Positions 29,131-37,429 of a stretch of 64,000 bases of DNA are shown one piece after another. How positions within the stretch are numbered: the stretch's first letter is position 1; every line of letters starts with the position of its first letter. The DNA is taken from assembly GCA_019752595.1 (NCBI GenBank), contig JAIELV010000001.1:489209-553208 (forward strand), written 5' to 3'. The notes under the pieces were generated by a model that worked only from the letters and a program-made list of their open reading frames with translations, was not told the origin of the DNA and did no database searches. The DNA comes from Patescibacteria group bacterium. Lineage in GTDB: Bacteria > Patescibacteriota > Minisyncoccia > Phycocordibacterales > Phycocordibacteraceae. Made by a program: the position numbers and the translations under genes.

Positions 29131-30579
29131 TTACGGTTCTATCTTGCGATATTCTGGCGTCTCCGTGCAGACCACACAGGCGGCCGATTTCATTTGAGCA
29201 TCGGTGACGGATGCTTTCTTGACCCACTCAGATAATGCAAGCGTGTCCGACAATCTGTCAGGCGACTTTAATACAATAACTGCAATCCGCCTCTCCACAT
29301 CATTCACGCTAAGCGAAATTACCGCGGCCATTGTTTCTCCTGCAGCGGTCGTTTGCCCAGCTTTTCCACCCAAAAATGGCGCACGAAACACGGGATCGTT
29401 TACATTAGTGACCTTGAAGACCGCGCCTGATTTCGCGCTCACCTCTTTTTCTTTGAGACGCGTCATCGTAAGCGCAAAAGATTTCTTGTCGGCAAGGTAC
29501 CGCAAAAGACGGAACAGGTCGTCTGGCGTTGAAAGATTTTCAGGAGATACACCACTACCGTCTGCAAAGGATGTTCGGTGCATACCAAGCGCCTGCGCGG
29601 TTGTATTCATCCAATCAACGAAACGATCCTCTCCATAATATTTTGTAATTCTGTTTGCAACTGCATTGTTTGATTCTAAGAGAAGCGGGTAGAGCAAATC
29701 CCCTACCAAAAACCGCTCTGTGGTGGTGCTCATATTTTTCCCGTTTTTGAGTTCCACGTTTTCAATCGGAATAGACTGCTCGAAACTGATAAGCTCATTT
29801 GCGACAAGCGCCGTCATAAGTTTGGTTACGGAGGCAATCGGGCGTGCTTCACTTGAATCTTTTTCCGCGTACACATCTCCTGTATCTATGTCTGCAATTA
29901 GATACGCTTCTCCCGCTATATTCGGAAGCGGGATGTCGGCAAGCGCAATCGAGGGAAGTAGTTCGTGTGTTTTTTTGTCATATACGAAAACACCCGTGTC
30001 GATGTCAGCGAATGCAAATACCTTCTGCGCGTCTTCAGTGGTGAGCTTTATGCACCCACCAGAATACGAAGCAGAAACTGGTGTGCCATCTGGATAATAC
30101 GTCCATCCGTGAATAAAGTAGTTGCCATAAAACTGCATGGAAAACGGCATATACACTTTCCCGATTGTCGAGTAGTGAACTTCTTCTTTTGTCTTTATTG
30201 AATAAAAACCGCTCGGCGTTTCCCACGACGTACCTGGCTTTCCTTTGCTCTGTATCGGGAACTCATTTACGATTGTTCCGTTTTCATACAAAAAAAGCTT
30301 CATCGCCACTAGATCAGCACTAATGAATTTTCCTTCTTTCGGAATCACGTCTGATATCTGGAGCGAGTCGATGACGCGTCGTGCTGGAACAATCCCCGCA
30401 GCAAGATTTGCTGACAGACGCTCTGCTGGCGGAGGGATGACTACTGAGGCCTGACGTACAGCCTCAGCGTCGGTCGATGCGTATAAAATCCCAAAATGGG
30501 TCACAACGCTTGAAACAATAAGCGCTGCGCACAGCGCGAAAAAAAATACAAAACCGCGCCAATCGAACGAATGATTCAT
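29131..30579 (-). CDS. L,D-transpeptidase (YkuD) fused to D-Ala-D-Ala carboxypeptidase (S11)
   Basis: ETPSG, IHG...SGGCIKL; then ASVTKLM (SxxK), ESNN (SxN), GGKAG. Confidence 0.85.
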   Translation of the reverse strand: MNHSFDWRGFVFFFALCAALIVSSVVTHFGILYASTDAEAVRQASVVIPPPAERLSANLAAGIVPARRVIDSLQISDVIPKEGKFISADLVAMKLFLYENGTIVNEFPIQSKGKPGTSWETPSGFYSIKTKEEVHYSTIGKVYMPFSMQFYGNYFIHGWTYYPDGTPVSASYSGGCIKLTTEDAQKVFAFADIDTGVFVYDKKTHELLPSIALADIPLPNIAGEAYLIADIDTGDVYAEKDSSEARPIASVTKLMTALVANELISFEQSIPIENVELKNGKNMSTTTERFLVGDLLYPLLLESNNAVANRITKYYGEDRFVDWMNTTAQALGMHRTSFADGSGVSPENLSTPDDLFRLLRYLADKKSFALTMTRLKEKEVSAKSGAVFKVTNVNDPVFRAPFLGGKAGQTTAAGETMAAVISLSVNDVERRIAVIVLKSPDRLSDTLALSEWVKKASVTDAQMKSAACVVCTETPEYRKIEP

Positions 30580-30605
30580 CAGAACCTATTATGACATTTC
30601 CTTTG

Positions 30606-30660
30606 AGCCGATGATCGAACTTGAACCGATGACCTATTGCTTACAATGCAATTACTCTAT
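30606..30660 (-). pseudogene. 5'-truncated tRNA-Thr(TGT) fragment
   Basis: Minus strand has the ATTGC-ATTGTAA-GCAAT anticodon arm, T-arm ATCGG-TTCAAGT-TCGAT and acceptor CATCGGC, but no 5' acceptor/D strand. Confidence 0.65.
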
Positions 30661-30707
30661 CCACAAGCGAGGGAGAGTTGCAGAAAAAGTCTATCTTCCA
30701 GTCTCCG

Positions 30708-30780
30708 AGCCGCCTCGCAGAATCGAACTGCGGACCTACGGTTTACGATACCGTTGCTCTACCAGCTGAGCTAAGGCGGC
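30708..30780 (-). tRNA. tRNA-Thr(CGT)
   Basis: GCCGCCTTAGCTCAGCTGGTAGAGC-A-ACGGT-ATCGTAA-ACCGT...GCAGTTCGATTCTGC-GAGGCGGC. Confidence 0.93.
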
Positions 30781-30843
30781 TCGGAAACAACAAGGTTTTT
30801 GACTTTTTCTATAACCGACCGAGTGCTGAGGGTATGGCTTCCA

Positions 30844-30864
30844 TACCAACTGAGCTAAGGCGGC
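30844..30864 (-). repeat. Duplicate of the 5' 21 nt of tRNA-Thr(CGT)
   Basis: GCCGCCTTAGCTCAGTTGGTA, 20/21 identical. Confidence 0.8.
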
Positions 30865-30930
30865 GAAGATACCTTTATATCGCCCCAAGCGGACACACGT
30901 CAATGTGTGTCCGCTTTTTTCTTAGGAAGT

Positions 30931-33348
30931 TTAATACTCAGGCGTGCCGACGGTTACTGTAAAGCTTGAACCGCTGTATCCACCTTGGAAGTTTTTAAGC
31001 GTGAGGCCTGTCATCGACTGAAGTTTCGATACAAGCGTTGAGTAATTTGAATCGGTCTTCTGATACGCGTAGAAGTAGTTAGAGCCTGGATTGTAGTACC
31101 AGCGACTTGCAATTGGTACCGCACCGCTTGTGTTTGCACACGTTGCCTGCCCTGCCCAGTTATATATCGTCTGGAATCGACTATCGGCACCATCCCGTTC
31201 ATCGTAGAACGAACCCGCGGGAGAAATTCCTCGCGAAGCATTTGCGGGGTCATTATAGAAGTAGCGTTCAACCAGTGGCGAAGCACCCGTAATAACTGGT
31301 GACTGTACGTTGTAACCCGAGAGGATGACTTTTTGAAGATTTACTCCCGCGGGAACATTTATGTTCCAGATAACTGGTTCGTATGCCGACAGTGAAAGTG
31401 TGATCGGTGTCCCTTTTTTCGAACCGATAAGCTGAACGAGGTTCACATTTACCGTACCTGGTTTTGAGTAGCAGAAATTGTGCTGAGCGCCTGCTGCTTC
31501 ATACACACCGACAGCGTAGAGTTCTCCGACAGACGAGGTGTTGGAAACCGTAAGAGTTGCAGATGCTTCAGATGCTGGTCCGTCTTTGCCTGTACCAGGG
31601 TCATTTACACATCGAAGTGTGTATTTCGTCGTTACCGTGTTGTTGATAGTCCACGTTCCAGAGAGAGGTACGGTTTCTTGGATAGAACCATAACTCATAT
31701 AGCAGCGGTTTGCATTTTGCGTAGTCCATGTAAGTGTCGAAGATCCCCCAACAGAAATCGTGCTTGGCGTTATCTGTATCGTCACAATCGGAACGGGAGT
31801 AACTGAGCCGACGGTGTAACGGGCGCTCGTTGCAATTACCGTTCTTGAAGAGTTAAACGCCTGAACAACATATTCTCCTGGGGAAACGACTGGGCGAACG
31901 ATGAGCGTCAAAGAACCATTGCCACCTGACGTCAATTCCTGTGTCCAGACTGTAGCTCCTGTGTTGACGTTCACCACATTAACCCCTGACGAAGGCATGT
32001 TTCCATACTCGACAGTGAATTGCGTTGCTGTATCTGCGTCCACATGCCCAGCGCTGGTAATAGAGATTAACGGTGAGGCTGTTCCCACGGAGCTCACTGG
32101 AATAACCAGACGACATGTATTTGTTGCGCCAGACGCATCGTAGACACGCATGACTAGGTACGGATTTCCAAGTACATTCGCGGTGAATGTCGTTCCACCA
32201 AAAGCTGCGAGCTTATCGCCACCAAGATAAAAGTTGTCCTTGTCGGTATCTTTTATCCACTGAGCATAGGTTCCATTTGAATTCCATTTCACTGTAATAG
32301 TTTCACCGAGCACGTACGAGGATTTATTAGTCGCGAGTGAGCAATAGAGGTTAGATGTTGACGTTCCTTTCCCTACCACTTTGAAATCAAACTTCACTGC
32401 ATTTCTCTGCGGATTGCGACTGTTAATGTCGAATACCATCGAATAGTTCCCAGGAGGTATATGGTACGTTTGGAATCGGTGCGTCATGTCTATTTGCACA
32501 CTCTCACCAGGATTGAGAGTGAATGTGGTCGGCACCTGGCTCGCAGCTGACATGCACTGCTGCACAGTACTTAGATCAAATACCGTACGTCCTCCGTTGT
32601 CTTTGTCGTAGATTCGGTAGGTATACCAACAGTTATTTGGAAACACGACCGTTTGCGCCGTGCGTGCATTATTTTTTATAACAATTTGAAATGGACCAAT
32701 ATCAGTTCCTTCTACAAAAGAATCTGTTGTAGTGCCACTCCCCCCCTTTAAAACAATTGAATACGCAATTACTCCTGCACTCGAAGTTCCCCCTCCTGTT
32801 TCTGGAAGTGGACTGGTGCCAGTAGGGGTGGTTGGGGTAACTGGATTCGTTCCAGTAGTCCCTGTCTGACCTTTACCGCACCATTCTGCAATCTTTGCTC
32901 TCGTCAAAGAACCAACAATACCGAAGGCGGGCAATCCTTTTTCCTGTTGGAACTTCACCACATAACTTTGTGTTAGGCGTCCGAAAAAGCCCGTTGCGAT
33001 GTCCTCTTCATTCAAATTGAAATAGTCGGAGAGGAAGAGTTGTAGCTCCGTCACTTGTCCTCCTGTAGCTGCATCGCGTGCGCCGCGCTGCATAGTGGAA
33101 GAAAGTTTCGGACAATAGATTCCCGTTGTTGATGTGCCGTCTGCTCCGTAGTCATCCGTGGGTCCTGTCGTCGCACCCAAGACCGCTCCTTGGAAATTGC
33201 GTATCGTGGAATCATCGGCACCAAAAGAACGCAAAAGCATCTCGAGAGAATTTTGCTGCTCATCCGAGAGCGCTTCGGCAAAACTCGGAGCCGTCATAAA
33301 ACCGATAACAGCAAACGCGACGAGGAGAAATGCAAAAACTTTCTTCAT
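30931..33348 (-). CDS. Large secreted surface protein: peptidoglycan-binding domain plus Ig-like/beta-rich domains
   Basis: Signal peptide; GQVTELQLFL...TGFFGRLT...V.KFQ..GL...GIVG.LTRAKI; Thr/Gly linker. Confidence 0.8.
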   Translation of the reverse strand: MKKVFAFLLVAFAVIGFMTAPSFAEALSDEQQNSLEMLLRSFGADDSTIRNFQGAVLGATTGPTDDYGADGTSTTGIYCPKLSSTMQRGARDAATGGQVTELQLFLSDYFNLNEEDIATGFFGRLTQSYVVKFQQEKGLPAFGIVGSLTRAKIAEWCGKGQTGTTGTNPVTPTTPTGTSPLPETGGGTSSAGVIAYSIVLKGGSGTTTDSFVEGTDIGPFQIVIKNNARTAQTVVFPNNCWYTYRIYDKDNGGRTVFDLSTVQQCMSAASQVPTTFTLNPGESVQIDMTHRFQTYHIPPGNYSMVFDINSRNPQRNAVKFDFKVVGKGTSTSNLYCSLATNKSSYVLGETITVKWNSNGTYAQWIKDTDKDNFYLGGDKLAAFGGTTFTANVLGNPYLVMRVYDASGATNTCRLVIPVSSVGTASPLISITSAGHVDADTATQFTVEYGNMPSSGVNVVNVNTGATVWTQELTSGGNGSLTLIVRPVVSPGEYVVQAFNSSRTVIATSARYTVGSVTPVPIVTIQITPSTISVGGSSTLTWTTQNANRCYMSYGSIQETVPLSGTWTINNTVTTKYTLRCVNDPGTGKDGPASEASATLTVSNTSSVGELYAVGVYEAAGAQHNFCYSKPGTVNVNLVQLIGSKKGTPITLSLSAYEPVIWNINVPAGVNLQKVILSGYNVQSPVITGASPLVERYFYNDPANASRGISPAGSFYDERDGADSRFQTIYNWAGQATCANTSGAVPIASRWYYNPGSNYFYAYQKTDSNYSTLVSKLQSMTGLTLKNFQGGYSGSSFTVTVGTPEY

Positions 33349-33397
33349 AGATGTAAAAAGAATGGACTTTATTAAGTATCATCAAAATACCATAAAA

Positions 33398-33418
33398 ACA
33401 CACCCCAAATGGGGTGTT
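33398..33418 (-). terminator. Hairpin/terminator after tRNA-Thr(GGT)
   Basis: ACACCCCA-AA-TGGGGTGT followed by a T-run on the minus strand. Confidence 0.6.
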
Positions 33419-33424
33419 TGATTT

Positions 33425-33500
33425 TGGAGCCGAGACCCGGGATTGAACCGGGGACCCCCACCTTACCATGGTGGTGCTCTACCAGCTGAGCTATCTCGGC
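33425..33500 (-). tRNA. tRNA-Thr(GGT), CCA encoded
   Basis: GCCGAGA/TCTCGGC acceptor, CCACC-ATGGTAA-GGTGG, TTCAAT T-loop. Confidence 0.95.
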
Positions 33501-33501
33501 A

Positions 33502-33605
33502 AATTCCTTACGAGAATAGCGCGAAGTGCGGGTTTTGGCGAGCAGTGAGGAAATGTGAACTCGTTCACATTTCTGATACAACGAGCGAAAACTCGTAAGG
33601 AAATT
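33502..33605. repeat. Long imperfect hairpin element abutting the tRNA 5' end
   Basis: Outer TTCCTTACGAG/CTCGTAAGGAA, inner GAAATGTGAAC-TC-GTTCACATTTC. Confidence 0.7.
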
Positions 33606-33703
33606 CTGTCAGAATGCAGACGAGAGCCCGAAGGGCTATGTCGGCGACATCATCATGCGTGGAGGTAAGCTCCCAATCTGAAGCCGATGCTACAATCAGC
33701 CCC

Positions 33704-34243
33704 ATGCTTCGCGAATATCCACATCTTCGAATACTCTTCCTCTCATACCTAGGCGCTATCGTCCTCTTTTTCTTTTTTGGTCCTGAGTTTTTTCACTCAC
33801 TCGTTGCGCCACTCGGCATTGGTGGTTTGTTTATTGTCGGCATGATGTACAGCTACAGCTTTACGCTTTCTTTAGGTGCCCTTCTCCTACCTGCATTCCT
33901 TGACCAATACTCTCCGATCGTTATAGCTATTTTCGGAGGCTTGGGTGGCACATTTGCTGACCTTACTATGTTTCAACTCGTAAAAAACAACTTGAAGCAA
34001 GAAATGAAAGCCCTCGGAAAAACAAATTTCATGAAAGCTGTCCGCAAACTTCCGTTAATGAAATTCGACTGGTTTCGAGATGCCCTTGGTGCAATCCTTA
34101 TTGCCTCACCTCTTCCTGATGAAATCGGCATCGCAGTTATGGCAAGCACGCACCTTTCAGAAAACGCATTTCGTTTGATTGCCCTTGTTGCAAACGTCGT
34201 TGGTATTTATCTTCTTGTCACAGCAGCTGCTGCTATTTATTAA
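33704..34243 (+). CDS. Membrane protein
   Basis: Multi-TM, IASPLPDEIG. TGCTACAAT lies 7 nt before ATG 33704. Confidence 0.75.
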   Translation: MLREYPHLRILFLSYLGAIVLFFFFGPEFFHSLVAPLGIGGLFIVGMMYSYSFTLSLGALLLPAFLDQYSPIVIAIFGGLGGTFADLTMFQLVKNNLKQEMKALGKTNFMKAVRKLPLMKFDWFRDALGAILIASPLPDEIGIAVMASTHLSENAFRLIALVANVVGIYLLVTAAAAIY

Positions 34244-34244
34244 T

Positions 34245-34640
34245 TCCGGCGGTCAGCACCCAACGCGAGCAAAGCAGTTTGCTCGCTTCAGTCGAAAGCA
34301 AAAATCCCCTTTCGGGATTTTACTGTGGTCACCCGTCACTAAGTATTTTGCTCCAAGTATTCGCAAAATACTAAGTGCGCTCGACCCCGTCTCGCCTGTC
34401 GCAATACGACATGGCTCCGACTCGCACAAGTAAACAAAAACAGCACGCAGGTGCTGTTTTTGAATCTAGTGCGCGGCTGATGGGTTTGCCCTGACGGTCA
34501 CTAACTCGCTTCGCTCGTAAGTGCCGCGGGGCACGCCTCGTCTGCCTAACGGCATGACTCCGGCGGTCAGCACCCAACGCGAGCAAAGCAGTTTGCTCGC
34601 TTCAGCCGCAATACAAAAGCCCCTTTCGGGGCTTGCATTG
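34245..34640 (-). repeat. Array of miniature structured elements downstream of tRNA-Asp
   Basis: 47-bp direct repeat (34245-34291 / 34559-34605); 16-bp copy of the tRNA 3' end at 34470-34485; two G(C/T)CGGAG..ATG-hairpin-CGAG(G/A)CG cores. Confidence 0.8.
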
Positions 34641-34712
34641 CGCGGCTGATGGGTGCTGACCCCACGACCTCTCGCGTGACAGGCGAGTGCTCTACCGTTG
34701 AGCTACAGCCGC
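34641..34712 (-). tRNA. tRNA-Asp(GTC), non-canonical T-loop
   Basis: GCGGCTG/CAGCCGC, CTCGC-CTGTCAC-GCGAG, T-arm GTGGG-GTCAGCA-CCCAT. Confidence 0.88.
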
Positions 34713-34898
34713 AAGCGAGGAAGATAGTGAGAAAGCTTGCTTTGTCACTATTTCCGAGCGCAGCGGATGTATGTACCCATACAGCCGCAAACCGCTTGCA
34801 GTGCGTGATAATACCAAAAAAACCCCAAAAAAACGAGCCCCTGGAAGAGTGTATTTCCTCTTCCCTATTTGATACAGATGGTACTATCAAAAATAGAG

Positions 34899-35885
34899 AT
34901 GAGACATGAAGGTAAAAACTTCTTTGATACTCAATCAATTCTTCATAGAAGAAAAGTTCTAATCGGCGCTGTAGGAGTAGTCGCTACTGCGGGAATTACT
35001 GGTGTTCATTTAGGAAGACCTCGGGCAGTACAAACATCTGCAACACTTGACGTGCTTAGTGAACCCGAACAAATAATGCCATCACGTTTTTTGCTCGACA
35101 AGCACGCAGCGGGATTACGCGAAGCACACCGCGAGGCACAGTTGTGGCACGATACAACAATTGTAGTTTTTGGGGCTGATTTAAAAGATGGTCGGCCTCA
35201 ATTTAAAACGGAAGAAGCTGTTACTGCGATACGTCGAAGAAACCCGCGCGCAGAATGTATAAGCGGACTCGGTACTGATGAAAGAAACGGTGTGGTGCCT
35301 GCCAGCAAAGACTCGCTCATAACAACGAAAGAAAGAATACTATCCATGATTCGCAATAATCATGGGACACCTACAACCATACTTTTTACCGCGCACGGCG
35401 GACCGTTAGGGATACAGCTCGGAACATATGTGAACGCGGAAACAGGACAACAGGAAAGGATACACATAACCCCTGAAGAGCTTGCACATGCCTATGCGCC
35501 AAAATATCGAAGTATGCGGTCACGCATGCTGGCACGGCAATCGCCTGACATTCTTGCGTTCGTCAATTGTAGTTCTGGAAATATCGCGGGGGAATTTATG
35601 ACTGAATTACAGCGAGCGGAACGAGAGCGAGAGCCACGGCGTGATTTGAGGTCATTTCAGCCAACGACACCGATTACATTTTCTGCTTCTACTGCGGAAG
35701 AAGTTTCTTACATTAATCAACTTCTTTTCGAAATGACGGAACATACCACCGTGGGTGGAATGTATGCATCAGCGGACCGTATTGGAGGCAGACAATTTTC
35801 AAACCCAGGTATTCGAGTCCCTGATACAGAAACTGGAGTGCCAGTAGTTGTAGGTGCAAACGACAGTGGAACTCGGTTTGCGTAA
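34899..35885 (+). CDS. Membrane-anchored/secreted protein with putative caspase-like (clan CD) His-Cys dyad
   Basis: RRKVLIG plus a hydrophobic segment; ILFTAHGG and AFVNCSSG. Confidence 0.55.
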   Translation: MRHEGKNFFDTQSILHRRKVLIGAVGVVATAGITGVHLGRPRAVQTSATLDVLSEPEQIMPSRFLLDKHAAGLREAHREAQLWHDTTIVVFGADLKDGRPQFKTEEAVTAIRRRNPRAECISGLGTDERNGVVPASKDSLITTKERILSMIRNNHGTPTTILFTAHGGPLGIQLGTYVNAETGQQERIHITPEELAHAYAPKYRSMRSRMLARQSPDILAFVNCSSGNIAGEFMTELQRAEREREPRRDLRSFQPTTPITFSASTAEEVSYINQLLFEMTEHTTVGGMYASADRIGGRQFSNPGIRVPDTETGVPVVVGANDSGTRFA

Positions 35886-36052
35886 AAGTCTCAAACTCTC
35901 CACAAAGTCCTGTCTTCGTGCTATTTTCAACGGACGCTGGCAAGCTATTAGCTTTCAGCATTTTTTGTAGCGAGTCGCTGGCATAGCCCTCCAGGCTCCC
36001 AGCTCGTTCAGAGAGTATAGAAATGCTAGCATTTCTATGTTCCTCTTCACTC

Positions 36053-36129
36053 GCTGGGATAGCTCAGGTAGTTAGAGCATGGGACTCATAAACCCAAGGT
36101 CGGAGGTGCAAGTCCTCCTCCCAGCACCA
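36053..36129 (+). tRNA. tRNA with CAT anticodon, elongator type (Met or Ile2), CCA encoded
   Basis: GCTGGGA/TCCCAGC fully paired, TGGGA-CTCATAA-ACCCA, T-arm GGAGG-TGCAAGT-CCTCC. Confidence 0.9.
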
Positions 36130-36132
36130 TTT

Positions 36133-36270
36133 TGTCGCGAAGCGACAATTAAGGACTTGCAAGCCGGAGCAATGTTTTCCGTTTCGGAAAACCGCGAGGC
36201 GGGGTCGCGGAAGTTTGTGAACGTAGGTGAACAAACTATTCGTGACCAAGTCCTCCTCCCAGCACCATTT
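36133..36270 (+). repeat. Miniature structured element ending in a 24-bp duplicate of the tRNA 3' end
   Basis: CAAGTCCTCCTCCCAGCACCATTT at 36109-36132 and 36247-36270; core GCCGGAGCAATG-hairpin-CGAGGCGGGGTC...GACC. Confidence 0.82.
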
Positions 36271-36955
36271 ACTTCCCCATCTCTCTCAAAAGTGCTTCAG
36301 TTTTTTCTATATCTTCGGGGAACGTAACCGTTATCCACGACTTCTGACGAATGACCTGAATCGGCTGCAACTTCTGAATACCTGAAAGCGAATCAACAAT
36401 GTAGTGTTCACCATTCGGATGGCGAACAAGCGGAATATCAAAAATCCCTGGTGAAAGCACCATGGTTCCCGTTGATACCAAGTTCGTTGCGGGATGTTCG
36501 GGCTTCTCGGTTATTTTCTTCAACGTACCATCCTCGTTAAGTTCTACAACACCAAAACGTGTAGGATCTTCGTGTTCATTTACAAACAAGCAGTAGTCAT
36601 ACTGTAATCCTTTTTCAAAAGAACTTTTGTCACCAACATCATCAGCGTTCAGAAGAAAAAACTTTTCATGAAGCAAATACTCCTTCGCCATGTGAACCGC
36701 GTGCGCAGTGCCTAAGCGTTCTTTTTGTTCAATGTAGGTAATCGTCTTTCCTTTCCAGTTTGTGCCGAAATATTCGCGAATTTTTTCTCCTTTGTAACCA
36801 ACAATAATAATGAGGTCAGTTATCGCATCGGGGAGTTCATTCAGTATGTATTCAAGAAGTGGTTTCCCATTCAAAAAAATCATCGGCTTTGGCCGATCTT
36901 CAGTCAATGGACGTAAGCGTTTTCCGTCTCCTGCGGCAAGAACTAAAGCTTTCAT
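36269..36955 (-). CDS. Sugar-phosphate nucleotidyltransferase family protein
   Basis: LAAGDGKRLRPLT..RPKPM, LGTAHAV, FGVV, EKP. Confidence 0.9.
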   Translation of the reverse strand: MKALVLAAGDGKRLRPLTEDRPKPMIFLNGKPLLEYILNELPDAITDLIIIVGYKGEKIREYFGTNWKGKTITYIEQKERLGTAHAVHMAKEYLLHEKFFLLNADDVGDKSSFEKGLQYDYCLFVNEHEDPTRFGVVELNEDGTLKKITEKPEHPATNLVSTGTMVLSPGIFDIPLVRHPNGEHYIVDSLSGIQKLQPIQVIRQKSWITVTFPEDIEKTEALLREMGK

Positions 36956-36989
36956 GAATCCGAATATAATAACCTAAAATCCATAAGGA

Positions 36990-37349
36990 CTAAACCTGGC
37001 TCTTCCGCCTCTTTTCTGTACGAATGCGATGACAATTAGCACACACGACCTCGCATTTTTTGATCTCTTCTTGAACAGTCTTGATACTTAGCGCGGATTT
37101 AGCCCATGAGCCAACTTCAAATTTTTTGAGCCCAATATGGTCAAAATCAAGTATTTCAGGATGTCTGGCACCTGATATACCGCAATCACCGCATGATTGA
37201 CTTCGTTTGTATTTTTCAAGATACGCACGTACTCGTAATTTCAAGCTCTTTACGAGACGCATGTGCTTCTCTTTATTCTTTGGGTACCATACTTCACGCA
37301 TGTAATACGCGTGGTATTCCTTTCTTTTCTTTTTATCCTTAAGAGGCAT
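36990..37349 (-). CDS. Free-standing HNH endonuclease
   Basis: CGDCG...LDFDH...EIKKCEVVCANCHRIRT; basic N-terminal helix; own TGnTAAAAT promoter 6 nt before the ATG. Confidence 0.85.
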   Translation of the reverse strand: MPLKDKKKRKEYHAYYMREVWYPKNKEKHMRLVKSLKLRVRAYLEKYKRSQSCGDCGISGARHPEILDFDHIGLKKFEVGSWAKSALSIKTVQEEIKKCEVVCANCHRIRTEKRRKSQV

Positions 37350-37399
37350 GCCTACATTTTAGCATCATAATTTATTTATTGGTTATAAACCCAAAAAAC

Positions 37400-37424
37400 A
37401 AAACCGCCTTTGGCGGCGGTTTTT
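37400..37424 (-). terminator. Intrinsic terminator after tRNA-fMet
   Basis: AAAACCGCC-TTTGGC-GGCGGTTTT hairpin with a T-run. Confidence 0.75.
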
Positions 37425-37429
37425 ACTTG

